Virus record (IMG/VR): IMGVR_UViG_3300044712_000833
Location: 32,001 to 96,000 of that record
Reading direction: 5' to 3' (one strand)
Source of the DNA: a virus
Length of the DNA stretch: 64,000 nucleotides
Of this stretch, positions 28,944-40,018 are shown in pieces. The notes below the pieces were generated by a model. The model saw only the letters and a program-made list of their open reading frames with translations. It searched no databases and was not told the DNA's origin. Position 1 is the first letter of the stretch, and each line of letters starts with the position of its first letter. Both the position numbers and the translations under genes were made by a program.

Positions 28944-29379
28944 ACTTCTCCCTGCTTATTTCAGTGAGTACGTCACTGTAAGAATAATTTATTTCTTCTA
29001 AAATATCGACTCGATTTTTCAAGTCGGCATTGTTTAATACAAACATCTTTTCAGAACTAAGCTCGTCCCTAGCTTTTTTCAAAACCTGTTCCCAAGTCTT
29101 TTTCACTTCTAAAGGAACAATGCCATATTCTACATAACCTGCTTTATCAAACAACTTAGTAGCAAAGTCTAGAGCGTCCAATTTGCTTTCAAATTTCTTA
29201 GATTTGTTAAAATATTCAAAAACTCTGGCAGAAACCATTTCTCCAGAGTGATTAGTATCCAAATAAGACCAAAATAAATTATCAATCGCAAACGCTTCAG
29301 TTACTCTAAATTGATCTTTCAATTCTAAAATTAATATAGCATTATCCGCTGACATCGTTTTCCTTTGGTTCCTTTGCAA
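28933..29379 (-). CDS. Hypothetical protein
   Basis: MSADNAI...VEYGI; true start probably internal (MSADN). Confidence 0.55.
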   Translation of the reverse strand: MQRNQRKTMSADNAILILELKDQFRVTEAFAIDNLFWSYLDTNHSGEMVSARVFEYFNKSKKFESKLDALDFATKLFDKAGYVEYGIVPLEVKKTWEQVLKKARDELSSEKMFVLNNADLKNRVDILEEINYSYSDVLTEISREKYAK

Positions 29380-29623
29380 ATTTTGTTTGAGTTTCTTTCC
29401 ACTTTATAGATATTCCATTGCTGAAAATCAAATCGTCAAATTCTTTCTTTGTTCCTCTATTTGCAGAATCATAAATTGTGTCACTTAATTTTTCTAGAAC
29501 AGTCTTGTCTTCCAATTTGGATTTCAATAATTTTTCATATCTTCTAACTTCTTCTTGTGCTTGAGAAGCAACCATATAATAGGACAATATTAGATAATAT
29601 TCATCTGGCTCCAATAATTGCAT
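29342..29623 (-). CDS. Hypothetical protein
   Basis: GGAGG RBS, 93 aa. Confidence 0.55.
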   Translation of the reverse strand: MQLLEPDEYYLILSYYMVASQAQEEVRRYEKLLKSKLEDKTVLEKLSDTIYDSANRGTKKEFDDLIFSNGISIKWKETQTKFAKEPKENDVSG

Positions 29624-29820
29624 TAATTAAATCCTCCTTCTGCATAGTATAGATTATTGTAATATTGTGTCAAAACACCTTTTTTATAATTTCCATCCTC
29701 ATAGCATAAATAAATTCTATAAGAAAGTTGAATTTCCCACTCTCTTTTTATTCCCATTGCTAAACAAAGAGTTCTATACTCCATGTAAGAAAACGGCTCT
29801 TTAAAATTTCCAGTATTCAT
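29623..29820 (-). CDS. Hypothetical protein
   Basis: Overlap-coupled, 65 aa. Confidence 0.5.
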   Translation of the reverse strand: MNTGNFKEPFSYMEYRTLCLAMGIKREWEIQLSYRIYLCYEDGNYKKGVLTQYYNNLYYAEGGFN

Positions 29821-30803
29821 TTATTTTTCCTCAAAATGCTTTCTACATATTTAATCGCTTGTTCTGTAGTTTTTATTTCTCTTAAATCTACTTCAATGTA
29901 AATTCCATGTTTACGAGCAAATCTGCGCTTGAGTCTATCTTTGTGTTTTTGGTATTCAAACTCTTCTTCGGGAAATGTTTTATTTTTCTTGGATTGTCTC
30001 TTGTGCCAGTCATGAATCTTGTAATGATGTTCTCCGTGAATCTCTATATAAACTCCATTTAAGTTTAAATTCTTTCCTCCAAAAACATAAATATCAAAGG
30101 GCAAAGGGAAATTAGTTTCAGGATTTATAAATATTGGATATTCTTTTTCTCCATGATATTTACTAAGAATATAATTTTTTAATTCGGTGGCTACCTTTGA
30201 TTCGCGTTGTTTCATGGAACAAATTCCACATCCTTTTCCACTTGTTCTGTGATTTATTGAAGAAAGATATTCGTGTCCGAATTGACACAACCACCAAACT
30301 TTTATTCCTTCTCCATAAGTGACATCTCTTGGAGTTAAATTTCCGTTTTTAGTTGAATGCCACTCTTTCGCTATGTCTGGTCTTTGAGAGGCGAGATTGT
30401 GATATACCCCAACTTGTTTTCCATCGCAAATTCCACAACCAATTTTGTGAAATATATTATTCCAACTCATGTTTGGATAATCTTTGCATTTATTACAATA
30501 TAAATTTAATTTTGAAAAACTCCCTTTATATTCATTGTCTTTTGATAATTTAAATTGGCTATTATTTAGATTTAACCATAAGGATATATTCTCTAAAGAA
30601 AAAGGATTTGATTTATCCACAAAATAAGGAGAATGACCTCTAATTAAGTTATGTAAATAAACATCATACTTATATCCTATTTTATCTTTAAAAACAACTT
30701 TTATTCTATTTTTATTTTCAATATAATTATCAATATAAATATATCCACAACTTTCTACCTCCATTTTTATCTTATCTTTTGTTTTTACAACCTCATTTTT
30801 CAT
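29817..30803 (-). CDS. Zinc-ribbon homing-type endonuclease, paralog of 2187-3098
   Basis: GCGICDGKQVG, QRPDIAKEW, WWLCQFGH, PFDIY, IEIHGEHHY. Confidence 0.75.
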   Translation of the reverse strand: MKNEVVKTKDKIKMEVESCGYIYIDNYIENKNRIKVVFKDKIGYKYDVYLHNLIRGHSPYFVDKSNPFSLENISLWLNLNNSQFKLSKDNEYKGSFSKLNLYCNKCKDYPNMSWNNIFHKIGCGICDGKQVGVYHNLASQRPDIAKEWHSTKNGNLTPRDVTYGEGIKVWWLCQFGHEYLSSINHRTSGKGCGICSMKQRESKVATELKNYILSKYHGEKEYPIFINPETNFPLPFDIYVFGGKNLNLNGVYIEIHGEHHYKIHDWHKRQSKKNKTFPEEEFEYQKHKDRLKRRFARKHGIYIEVDLREIKTTEQAIKYVESILRKNK

Positions 30804-30853
30804 TTTATTTTTCCTGATAAAAGTAATATTTTATTAATAAAGCAATGATTTTA

Positions 30854-33800
30854 TTATTCTTTTTCCCAATCATCACAGGTAAATTCTGCCATTAGGATAC
30901 CCTCGTCTTTATGAGCAATTGGAAAATCGTGTTTTTTACAAATATACCCTTTCAAATCATAAATAGAATGTTGACAAAAAAGACATATTTTAGCGTCCTC
31001 TACCCTCTTAAAAGACGGAACTTTCTTTCCTAATTCCATTGTCTGAAAAGGTCGAATTGGATAAGCATCTTTTATTTCCATGTTATTATCCTTTCGGTAA
31101 CATTTCCCATATGAATTTTGTGAAATCCATATCAACGATTGAAATTCCTTCTTGAATATCCCATAAGGAAACTGGAGAATTTAAATCTAATTTTCCTTCT
31201 ATAACAATAGTTCTTCCATATTCAGGGCTTTCATAAATAATTCCTAAAGCCACATCTCCGTTTACTATAACGTATTTTACTTTATTCATATTATCCGTTA
31301 TAAAATCGGAATTTTATTTATATAAATTTGTGGTATTTGCACTTGGGACAGTAATTATAATAAGATGTTACTTTTATATAATTGCCATTCCAATCAATGA
31401 GATTCAATCCCATAAGTTTTCCGAGAACCATGTTTTTGCTTTCACATATGGGACATAATTCATTATCTAATAATATAATATATTCCACGTTTTGATTCAT
31501 GTTTATTCAATTATCTCAACAAGACTGTCATCGTCAATTAACTTTCTCATAGCAATCCATGTAAACTGAGGATATTCCATTTCCACAGGATATTGATACA
31601 TAACAACAACACAATTATTACAATCAATCTCTCCCCAATTATTTTCCACATCTTGTCGTCCAACCACTATTCCACTAAAAATATCTTTCTTGTGGTCTTT
31701 TATTTCTTCTCCTTCATCTTTAAAGAACTTTAAGTCTTCTTCAAAATACCAATATACTCTTTTTCCAGAAGTTAAAGAACAGTGTATTTTATCATAATTG
31801 TTTAAATTTCTAGGAATATTTTCATTGTCTAAATCTAATTGAAGATGATATAAATATGTTTTCCTCATTATAAATTAAAACTCCTCTGGAAAAATTTTCT
31901 TATAATATTCTTGAAGAAGATATTCCTCTGTTAAATAGTGAGTTCCACAAATTGAACATTCCATGCAACCGCATTCGTCACAGATATATAATTTATTATT
32001 TATAATCGTAGCTACATGCTGACAAGATTTATCAAATACAATTGATTTTTTGGGATATACGAATGTCATGATTTATTCCTAATTCCGCAAGCAATCTCAA
32101 CGAGTTGAATATAATAGTCGTCCCAGTTTCCACTTGGGAGTTTATCATCAAGACAAACATTCTCCCTAAGAAAACTTCTAATTTTCATACCCCAAGTAAA
32201 GTGCGATGAAGCCCACCAATTTTCATGATCTTGTTTGTGCAGTCTGGCGACATCTTCTTTTACACCCTCTGTAAACAGGGTTTTTAAATACGAAACAGCC
32301 TTTTCAACTATCCAATCTGGACATTCTTTTAAGTATTCATCCATTGTTTTGTACTCTTCAATCATTTTTACCAATCCTTCTTTTTTCAACGTTTATTGCA
32401 TGCTGAAGCCTTTTTCTGATTATTTCTTGTGTTTCCCAAGCACCAACTCTTTTATAATATTCTTCCAAAGTATAATATCTATCATTTCCTGTAGGCAGTC
32501 TTGGTTTTTCAGCATCCAGTTCCATACAGAAACCTTCCAGCCAAGATAATAGGGTGTCTGGAAAAGGGTTTAGATACTCTCGTTTAAATTTATTTTCATC
32601 CATATTAAAATCCTTTCGGAATATGTAGAGGAGGAGGTATTCTTGCGCTTTCTTCTATGAACTTACAAGGATGATATTTCATCAATATCTTTTCTAATTC
32701 TCTTCCTGATTTATAAATTTCTTCTTGATGATAAGACAATGTGTTGTTTTCTTTATAGTAATTGTAGTTTTCAGATGAAGCTATAAAATCCCAATTCCAA
32801 TTCCATATAGAAATAAGCGCAATCAATCCAGATGGCACATGAGGGAAATGGGACTCTGGATCACCAAACCCCACCCCACACTCGCACCACATCCCAGTTG
32901 CCGCGAAGTCTGGATATAGGTGTATTGTCTTATTTTTATGATTACAATTAATTCTTTTCATTAAATATAACACCTTTCATGACAAACAGAGCATTCATGT
33001 AAAATCTTATTTTCAATAAATCTTTCTGGAACAACTTTTTCTAATTTATCTTCAGACTTACAATTTGGACATATGAATTTTGTTCTATCGACATTAGGCA
33101 TTGGTGAATTATCAAACTGAATACCATCTATTTGAGAAAGGGGTAAGTTGTCAAAATCTTTTAATGTTCTTTCTTTTTTATTTTTCATAAAACATTCCTT
33201 TCAATGAAAGAGTAATTTTATTATTCCTTATTATCCAAAATTCTTTGAATTCTTCTACCTTCTTCGATTCCAGCTTTATATACGTCTTCTGGAAATCCAT
33301 GTGGAATTCCATAGGCAATTTTAAAATATGTTTCTCTACAAAACCACACAACCCAATTCAATATTAGAGGATAACAAACGGCAACTGGAATATCATATCT
33401 CCAATAGCATATACCATACCCCAGAGGGGGTTTACAACTTTGCTCAACGTCAATTCTTAACAGTCCTTTTTTATTATAACATTTGTTCATTTTATATCAC
33501 TTCCGATAAAATAAGCGTTTTGTTTATGTTCCGTGACTCGAACCTGTTTCTAATTCTATTAGCTCTGAAATAGTTACTAATTTTTCGTTAGCTAAATTGT
33601 CGTAACCCCACTCTATATCCTCAATCAGCTTTTCACACATTACCAAATATATTTCCTCACCGAACCTTTTTCCGTGAAAATATGTAACTATTCTTTTTTT
33701 ATCTAACGACTCCCATAGTATCTGCATAAATGTCCTCTATAAAATGTGTCTTTTATTGATCTTTTGATAAATTCTTAATTTTGATAACAATATAATCACG

Positions 33801-34394
33801 TTCATAAGAAACAACCTGCCATAAATTTTCACAGTTTATTTCTTTATCTTCATACTTATCATAAAAAGGGACGCTATATTGAAATTCTACCTTTTCTTCC
33901 TTTTCGTTTTTGCCTATAACACAAACAGAAGTAATATCTCTGTATTTTTCCATTCTTTTTGTAAATGGAATATGAAAATCTGGATAGTCAGTTTCTTGTA
34001 GTGTTTTATAGTCTTTATTCTTTAATTTTATAATAACTTCTTCGCAACGTTGATGGTCATGAAATTGACCAGAAACATTAACAAAAGCATCTGTTTTAAT
34101 TCCTATAACTACTAAAGAGTGAAAGTCTTCTTTCGCTATTCTATATACTTCACAATTTTCTAAAACTAAATCTACAAACTCTATTTTTTCAATATAATTA
34201 TTCATTATCTACACCATATATTTTATTTCTTCTAACCAATCAGACAAGGTTTGAAAATCATTGAAGTCATCTCTATCAATTTCCAAGCCCTTTTCTATGT
34301 ATGCCGTCATATCTTTCATCCATGTCAAAAATTCAACTGTAGACAAACGTGTTTGCGGGGCTGTGTTTTTTAGTAAATCACTTGGTTTCAACAT
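30854..34394 (-). other. Array of about 13 small hypothetical ORFs (60-150 aa), several Cys-rich, punctuated by palindromic junction sites
   Basis: Co-oriented, tightly packed ORFs at 30854, 31086, 31318, 31503, 31875, 32066, 32358, 32605, 32961, 33221, 33524, 33753, 34209 (33753-34205 may be YopX-like); no confident functions. Confidence 0.6.
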
Positions 34395-34398
34395 ATGC

Positions 34399-35100
34399 TT
34401 ATCCTTCCAATCTTTTAACTGCTAAATAATATGGTTCTTTGTCGTACTCAATTCCAACATAATTTCTTTTGTTCAATTTACACCATTCTCCTAAAGTTCC
34501 TGATCCCATGAAATTGTCAAGAATCCAATCTCCTTCGTCAGTAAAGGGAGAAATAATTCTGTCCATAAGTCTAAGAGGCTTTTGCCATCTAATTAATTTA
34601 CCATCGTCTTTTCTCACTCTTTCATTCGCTACGGTCGTTAGAACAATATCATCAATCCATGCTGTTGCGGGTTTGGTATCTTTTCCAAACTTATTAAGTC
34701 CTTTGCTTTTTGCCGTAGCCTTTGGTACTTGAATTCTTTCAGGATAAAATTTCCAACCAGATTCCACATTTGTATAAATCATAATAGAGTCAAAACACTG
34801 ATTGAATCTATCTTTCTTGTAATTACCCCATTCATTACGCCATTTAATGTCGTTAATAAATGTAGCACCGAGAACATCCTCCATATAAACTCTATATCTA
34901 TAATCACTATGAAAATCGCTCATGGCAATCATGACACCCCCTCTTTTCAACATTTTGAAATATTTGGAAGCCCATTCAAAATTTATGTCTTCATAAACAT
35001 AATCTGAAAAGATAAGATCATATTCTCTATCTTTTTCAAACATCATATTATCCATATTTTTAAGGATAATTTCGGTTTTATCACCTAAAGTTTCGGTCAT
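34399..35100 (-). CDS. DNA N6-adenine/N4-cytosine methyltransferase (beta class)
   Basis: QKPLRL, ILDNFMGSGT, GIE; motif IV degenerate (SDYVY). Confidence 0.8.
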   Translation of the reverse strand: MTETLGDKTEIILKNMDNMMFEKDREYDLIFSDYVYEDINFEWASKYFKMLKRGGVMIAMSDFHSDYRYRVYMEDVLGATFINDIKWRNEWGNYKKDRFNQCFDSIMIYTNVESGWKFYPERIQVPKATAKSKGLNKFGKDTKPATAWIDDIVLTTVANERVRKDDGKLIRWQKPLRLMDRIISPFTDEGDWILDNFMGSGTLGEWCKLNKRNYVGIEYDKEPYYLAVKRLEG

Positions 35101-37388
35101 TATTTTCTCTTAAACTCCTCAACATTATTTATTTTTTCGTAATCTACAATCCACCAAACATATTCGTCAGGTACTTCCTTAAACCCTTCTCCTGATTTCA
35201 CAAACTTATTTTTCTTTTCAAAATTATTTAGAGAAACAATGTCTCCATATCTCAAAGGATTTCCATCAAAAAGTCCTTTTTTAATTTTGAATTTCTGTTC
35301 AGTACCTTTAGATAAAGAATAAAATGTAATACTTGGACTATATTTTAAATCAACTCCTGTAACCAATGCGTATTTAGCATTTACATCATAAGTAAGTTTT
35401 CTTTTATTCGCCTCTCTAACCTCTTTTTCTGTAATTTTCTTATCGAGAGGGCTGGAAGAAACACCTTTCTTTTTCTTCGTAATTTCTTGACCTAAAAAGT
35501 TCGTTCTTTTTCCAAAATCAATACTATTATCGAACATTGAAGTTTGAACAACACTTGGTTCAATTTCTTCAATCATCTTCTTGGCTTCTTTGATATACCA
35601 TTCTTTGTTTACTAGATACGACTCAAACGATTTGGACGGATCATATTCGTTTAGAATCTGAATCATCTTACCAACAAAGAGTCCAATTTGTCGTCCATCT
35701 CCGTGTTTCTTTAGAAGATAACCACCATAATTAGAAATATAAAATCTATTTGTTCGCTGAAGGTCTTGAATTCCAGAAAGCGTTTTTAGTTGCATCTGAA
35801 ATTCTTTCCCTACTTTCTGGCTAATGCAAAAATCAAAAATATCTTTAGAAGCATTTATTGTTTCTTTTACAGGAGTATTATGAACAAAATATTCATAAAC
35901 AGCCTTCGCAACAATTGGGTGTTTATATCCCTTTTTTAGATCAATGTCAGGGATAAAAGCACCTTTAGTTTTGACCTTGCCTTTATTATCAATTGCAATA
36001 TAGTTATTTACATCCCTTTTAATATAAGATTTGTAATATGTATATTCGAGAGTAAATCCTGTTCTTTCTTGCCATTCTTTACATACCTCATAGTACAAAG
36101 TTTCTTTTTTAATTGGAACTTCACACTCAATACCATCTGTATTTGCCGAAATACAGTGAATGCCGTTTAATTCAAGCATTTCAATCAGCATCAAAATATA
36201 AAGCTGTCCGGCAATTGTGACTGAAAGCATAGCCTTTGCATCTTCCAACCAAAATGTATCAGAATTTAGTTTTCCATAAAGCCCATTGATAGTAATCTTC
36301 AGACCATCAGCTTTTGTTTTATTGTCTTTCTTTGCCGCTAAACGTTCGGCAGTAAGAATACTTAAAACCTTTACAAATCCTTCATCTAAGTGTTCAGGAT
36401 AAATGTTATTTAGAATAATACAAGTAGGGTACATACTAGCAATATCACAACTAATAATTTTCTTCTCTGGGGTTTCATCAAAACGACAAGATGACTCCAT
36501 AGAGTGAATACCGCCTGATCCAATAGAATAACTTGTTCCTTTGTATTTAATAACTTCTTCAAATTTGAAGTTGTCATATCCCATTACCGTAGTATTCTTT
36601 ATTTTTTCATGAAAAGAAATTAATTCTGGAGTTTGAAAACTAATTACAACAGGGATACAATCTTTCAGATCAACAGATGAACGTTTTGTTCTAAGGTCTT
36701 TGATTGTTCTAACATCTACGCCTAATTCTTCTCTATAATAATGCTCCAAAATAATATTACCCATTTTGGAATCCGAAGCGTTCATTACATTCACATCATA
36801 CAACGCCCCAATTTCTTCTCGAAGCTTGATTTGAGGTTGAATTTGATTAAAGAGTTTTTGAGTAATTAAAACATCATTGATATTATATTCTAGAACAGTT
36901 TTAACTTCTTCTTTTGTTGAAATAGGATAATCATACGGGTAGGGCAAATCCTGAATTCTTTCATGCTTTAGATTTACTGCACATTGCTTCAAACCAACGC
37001 CAAGTCTATCAAAGTGCATAATCTTGAATAAATCCATAGAATCCCAAGGATAGTAAATATCTCTTGGGTATCTTAGTTTAACAAGATCATCGTCTCGTCT
37101 ATTAGCGTCTGAAATCAATCTCTTAGACAAAGCGAATAGTTTTTTTGGGAGACCGACTCCAACAGTCTGCTCTAAAATAAAACGCAATGCAGGGTCGTCA
37201 TAAGTAATACTGTTAAACCCAACTAATAGCATTTTTTGAGAACAAAAATCTTTCATAGATTGAAGGTCGTTGTGTCCACACCCGAAACTAAATTGAATTA
37301 CTTCCTGAGTTTCTTTGTCTAAAAATGTCAGACAGGCAAAGCTAGGAAAAGATTCAACATCGTAAAAATATGTTTTTTCGTAATTCAT
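35100..37388 (-). CDS. DNA polymerase, family B
   Basis: Exo YDVE/GFNSITYD/YNIND; Pol DIASMYP, KITINGLYG, NTDG; start ATG 37388 with GGAG RBS. Confidence 0.9.
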   Translation of the reverse strand: MNYEKTYFYDVESFPSFACLTFLDKETQEVIQFSFGCGHNDLQSMKDFCSQKMLLVGFNSITYDDPALRFILEQTVGVGLPKKLFALSKRLISDANRRDDDLVKLRYPRDIYYPWDSMDLFKIMHFDRLGVGLKQCAVNLKHERIQDLPYPYDYPISTKEEVKTVLEYNINDVLITQKLFNQIQPQIKLREEIGALYDVNVMNASDSKMGNIILEHYYREELGVDVRTIKDLRTKRSSVDLKDCIPVVISFQTPELISFHEKIKNTTVMGYDNFKFEEVIKYKGTSYSIGSGGIHSMESSCRFDETPEKKIISCDIASMYPTCIILNNIYPEHLDEGFVKVLSILTAERLAAKKDNKTKADGLKITINGLYGKLNSDTFWLEDAKAMLSVTIAGQLYILMLIEMLELNGIHCISANTDGIECEVPIKKETLYYEVCKEWQERTGFTLEYTYYKSYIKRDVNNYIAIDNKGKVKTKGAFIPDIDLKKGYKHPIVAKAVYEYFVHNTPVKETINASKDIFDFCISQKVGKEFQMQLKTLSGIQDLQRTNRFYISNYGGYLLKKHGDGRQIGLFVGKMIQILNEYDPSKSFESYLVNKEWYIKEAKKMIEEIEPSVVQTSMFDNSIDFGKRTNFLGQEITKKKKGVSSSPLDKKITEKEVREANKRKLTYDVNAKYALVTGVDLKYSPSITFYSLSKGTEQKFKIKKGLFDGNPLRYGDIVSLNNFEKKNKFVKSGEGFKEVPDEYVWWIVDYEKINNVEEFKRK

Positions 37389-37428
37389 GAGTTCTCCGTT
37401 AAATAAAAATCTTCCCAATCAAGGGAAG

Positions 37429-37457
37429 ATTATACCACAAGGTTTCAATTTTGTCAA
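37429..37457 (-). promoter_or_regulatory. Sigma70-type promoter of DNA polymerase
   Basis: TTGACA-17-TATAAT with TGTGG; inverted repeat AATCTTCCC/GGGAAGATT overlaps -10 and start site. Confidence 0.8.
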
Positions 37458-38047
37458 GGATACTTTTCCTCTTTCCAAAGAGGACTTAGAGATTTATCAT
37501 AAATCAATAAAAATCGATGTTTCCTACTTCTAGGTTTCCATTCTCCCTCTAACCCTTTAATCTTACCTCTGGAGTGTTTTGTGTAACTACCATCCACATT
37601 TTTTATCCAAAAATCTTTCTTTTCATCCGTTAGTCCATAATATTTAAAATTGCAAGCTTTATAAATTGTGCCAGAATGAAAATCACTGTCCGCATACGAT
37701 AAAATAGCTTTTACGTTTGTGTCTTTTTTTAATTGTTTTATGGAACGAGAAACAAACCAAGAAGTTATATTATATTCTTCTTTTTGAGTCTCTGGTTCAA
37801 CGCAAAGCCTACTTAATTCAAAAAATCCATTCTGATTGCTTCTGTCCAGTCCAAACAATCCTTTAACCAATTCTGGAACAGGAAAACCAGTAAAAATTAT
37901 TGATCCGACCAACTTTTCATTTTTAAAAAGTCCATAATTATACCCACTCTTAAATCCTTTTGAAATATCTTTTAGATAATGATGTTTCAAAAGGATTTCT
38001 GAAGCTTCTTTTTTAGATATGGATTTTATACAATATTCAGTCTTCAT
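37454..38047 (-). CDS. Mom-like / GNAT-fold DNA modification protein
   Basis: HHYL, ELSRL, SYAD...HSGTIYKACNF motifs. Confidence 0.7.
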   Translation of the reverse strand: MKTEYCIKSISKKEASEILLKHHYLKDISKGFKSGYNYGLFKNEKLVGSIIFTGFPVPELVKGLFGLDRSNQNGFFELSRLCVEPETQKEEYNITSWFVSRSIKQLKKDTNVKAILSYADSDFHSGTIYKACNFKYYGLTDEKKDFWIKNVDGSYTKHSRGKIKGLEGEWKPRSRKHRFLLIYDKSLSPLWKEEKYP

Positions 38048-38059
38048 AAAATTATGTTT

Positions 38060-38254
38060 TTATTCATGTTTCAAGACAGGATAGAATATGTTCAGAACAT
38101 ATTCTGAATCTAGATTCTCTATCCATTCAATTATTTCTTCTGGTTCAACAGGAGAACCAAATCTTTTTGAATTAGAATAAATGTCAACTTGTGCCTTTTT
38201 TATTAGTGAAATAATATATTCTTTAATAGCTTTAGACTCGTAATTCTCAGTCAT
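38060..38254 (-). CDS. Hypothetical protein
   Basis: 64 aa, AAGGA RBS. Confidence 0.5.
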   Translation of the reverse strand: MTENYESKAIKEYIISLIKKAQVDIYSNSKRFGSPVEPEEIIEWIENLDSEYVLNIFYPVLKHE

Positions 38255-38279
38255 TGATTTTCCTTATAAGTTCTTCATT

Positions 38280-39128
38280 TTATTCATAATTTTTATATAA
38301 GCTTTCAAATACATACTCTTTATTGCTTTTACCGTTCAATCGTCTAAAAGAAGAATTACCGTTTTCTAAAAACTCATGGGATTTATAAATGTCGTTAGGT
38401 ATTTTTATAACATAATCTTCAGAAGTTGTTTTTCCATCAAAAGACAATAACCATTTTGCCTTCTGATTTCTAAGAAAATTCCAAAGAGTATTGTAATTAT
38501 CTAAAGTACCATAATACATGCCTTTTATTCCAGCATAAGGGGGATCAAGATATATAACATCGTTTTCTGAAGTAGTTATGTTTTCATAAGATTGATTGAT
38601 AAAAGTAACATTTCTAGACTCTATTACATTTTTCCATTGCAACATTATATCTAGAAGTTTTTCTGGAATAATTCCATTTCTGTTAGGGTGAAGAGGGTTG
38701 TTGAAGTATCCGTTTTTATTATATCTAGGCATCCCGTTAAATGTGGTTCTCATGATAAACATAAAGTCGTATGGGGACTTTTCTACATTAAACTTTTCTC
38801 TGACTTTAATGTAATAGTCTTTCTTTTTATCCCAATCATCGATTGAGTTCATTTCTTTCCACAAATCTTTATAGTGCTTATAAACCCCCTCTGCGTCTAA
38901 AATAATGGTTTTCCAGAGAGATATTAAGTCGTTGTTTATGTCGCTTAGAACAAATTTGTTGACCTTTATAGATGATGTGGCTAATTTCACAAAAACACTC
39001 CCTCCTCCAACAAAGGGTTCATAATAAACATCTATTTCTTTAGGCATCATGCCCACTATTTTATCAGCCTGATTTCGTTTGCTACCAGACCACTTGATTA
39101 CAGGGTTTATTTTTTTCATATTACGCAT
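38280..39128 (-). CDS. Dam-like (D12 class) DNA adenine methyltransferase
   Basis: KWSGSK, YYEPFVGGGSV, SDIN, YLDPPY. Confidence 0.88.
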   Translation of the reverse strand: MRNMKKINPVIKWSGSKRNQADKIVGMMPKEIDVYYEPFVGGGSVFVKLATSSIKVNKFVLSDINNDLISLWKTIILDAEGVYKHYKDLWKEMNSIDDWDKKKDYYIKVREKFNVEKSPYDFMFIMRTTFNGMPRYNKNGYFNNPLHPNRNGIIPEKLLDIMLQWKNVIESRNVTFINQSYENITTSENDVIYLDPPYAGIKGMYYGTLDNYNTLWNFLRNQKAKWLLSFDGKTTSEDYVIKIPNDIYKSHEFLENGNSSFRRLNGKSNKEYVFESLYKNYE

Positions 39129-39458
39129 TATCTAATTGACAAAGCTGATCGTTCAATTGCTCTAACACTTTAATCCAAAGTTCTTCTTCCTCTTTGTTTT
39201 TAGGAGGAAAAGGTAAATCATCTATTTCATATGCTATCTCTATAATCTTATCTTTTATACTTGTCATTTTCACCTCTTAATAAAATGCCTATTTTATAAT
39301 GTTATCTGTATCTGTTGAAATTAAGCCAACTGATCCTAAAAGCATAAAAGCAAAAGATACTTTCAAGTATAGAGAACTCATTATTCCATCAAGCCCAAAA
39401 AATAAAATATAAATAAGACAAGCACCTAATCCCACTAAACCAAAAATCCTTTGTTTCA

Positions 39459-39755
39459 TTAGTAACCTCTTCCGTAGAAATCAAATATTTCTGCTACAGA
39501 CCGAAAAGCCAATTCGTTACAGTTATTACCTAACACATTTCTTAAATTTTCAGCATATCTTTTCACATGTTCATAAAAGTAACTGTGTTGAGAATTTTTT
39601 GAAAAATAATTTCTCAAAAGTCTAGTAAAATCCATAAATCCATCTGTAGGGTCTTCTCTTCCGTTCTTTGAAGATAAATATGCTGATTCGACTGCTGTTA
39701 TCAGTCTATTTATATCGTCCCAAAAGTAAACTGTTTGTTGAAGTTGAGTTTTCAT
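39459..39755 (-). CDS. Hypothetical protein
   Basis: 98 aa, co-oriented. Confidence 0.5.
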   Translation of the reverse strand: MKTQLQQTVYFWDDINRLITAVESAYLSSKNGREDPTDGFMDFTRLLRNYFSKNSQHSYFYEHVKRYAENLRNVLGNNCNELAFRSVAEIFDFYGRGY

Positions 39756-39778
39756 AATATTTTTATAAAATGTATGCT

Positions 39779-39991
39779 TTATAATGGTTCCAGCAATTTT
39801 TGCATTGCGTGATGAAAGCTATCACAAATCATATATTTATCTTCTCCATCAATATAGAAGCACCAACCTTCACCCTCTGACCAAGCAACGTGTTTTCCAG
39901 TATCTCTAAAAACAAGGCTAACAGGGTAGAGACTCATTATATACTTCATTTCTTCTGTATTATTAGCATGTTCTATTTGTTCTTTTTTCAT
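39779..39991 (-). CDS. Hypothetical protein
   Basis: 70 aa, bracketed by repeat sites. Confidence 0.5.
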   Translation of the reverse strand: MKKEQIEHANNTEEMKYIMSLYPVSLVFRDTGKHVAWSEGEGWCFYIDGEDKYMICDSFHHAMQKLLEPL

Positions 39992-40018
39992 ATTTGCTCT
40001 TTCGATAAAATATCGCTT

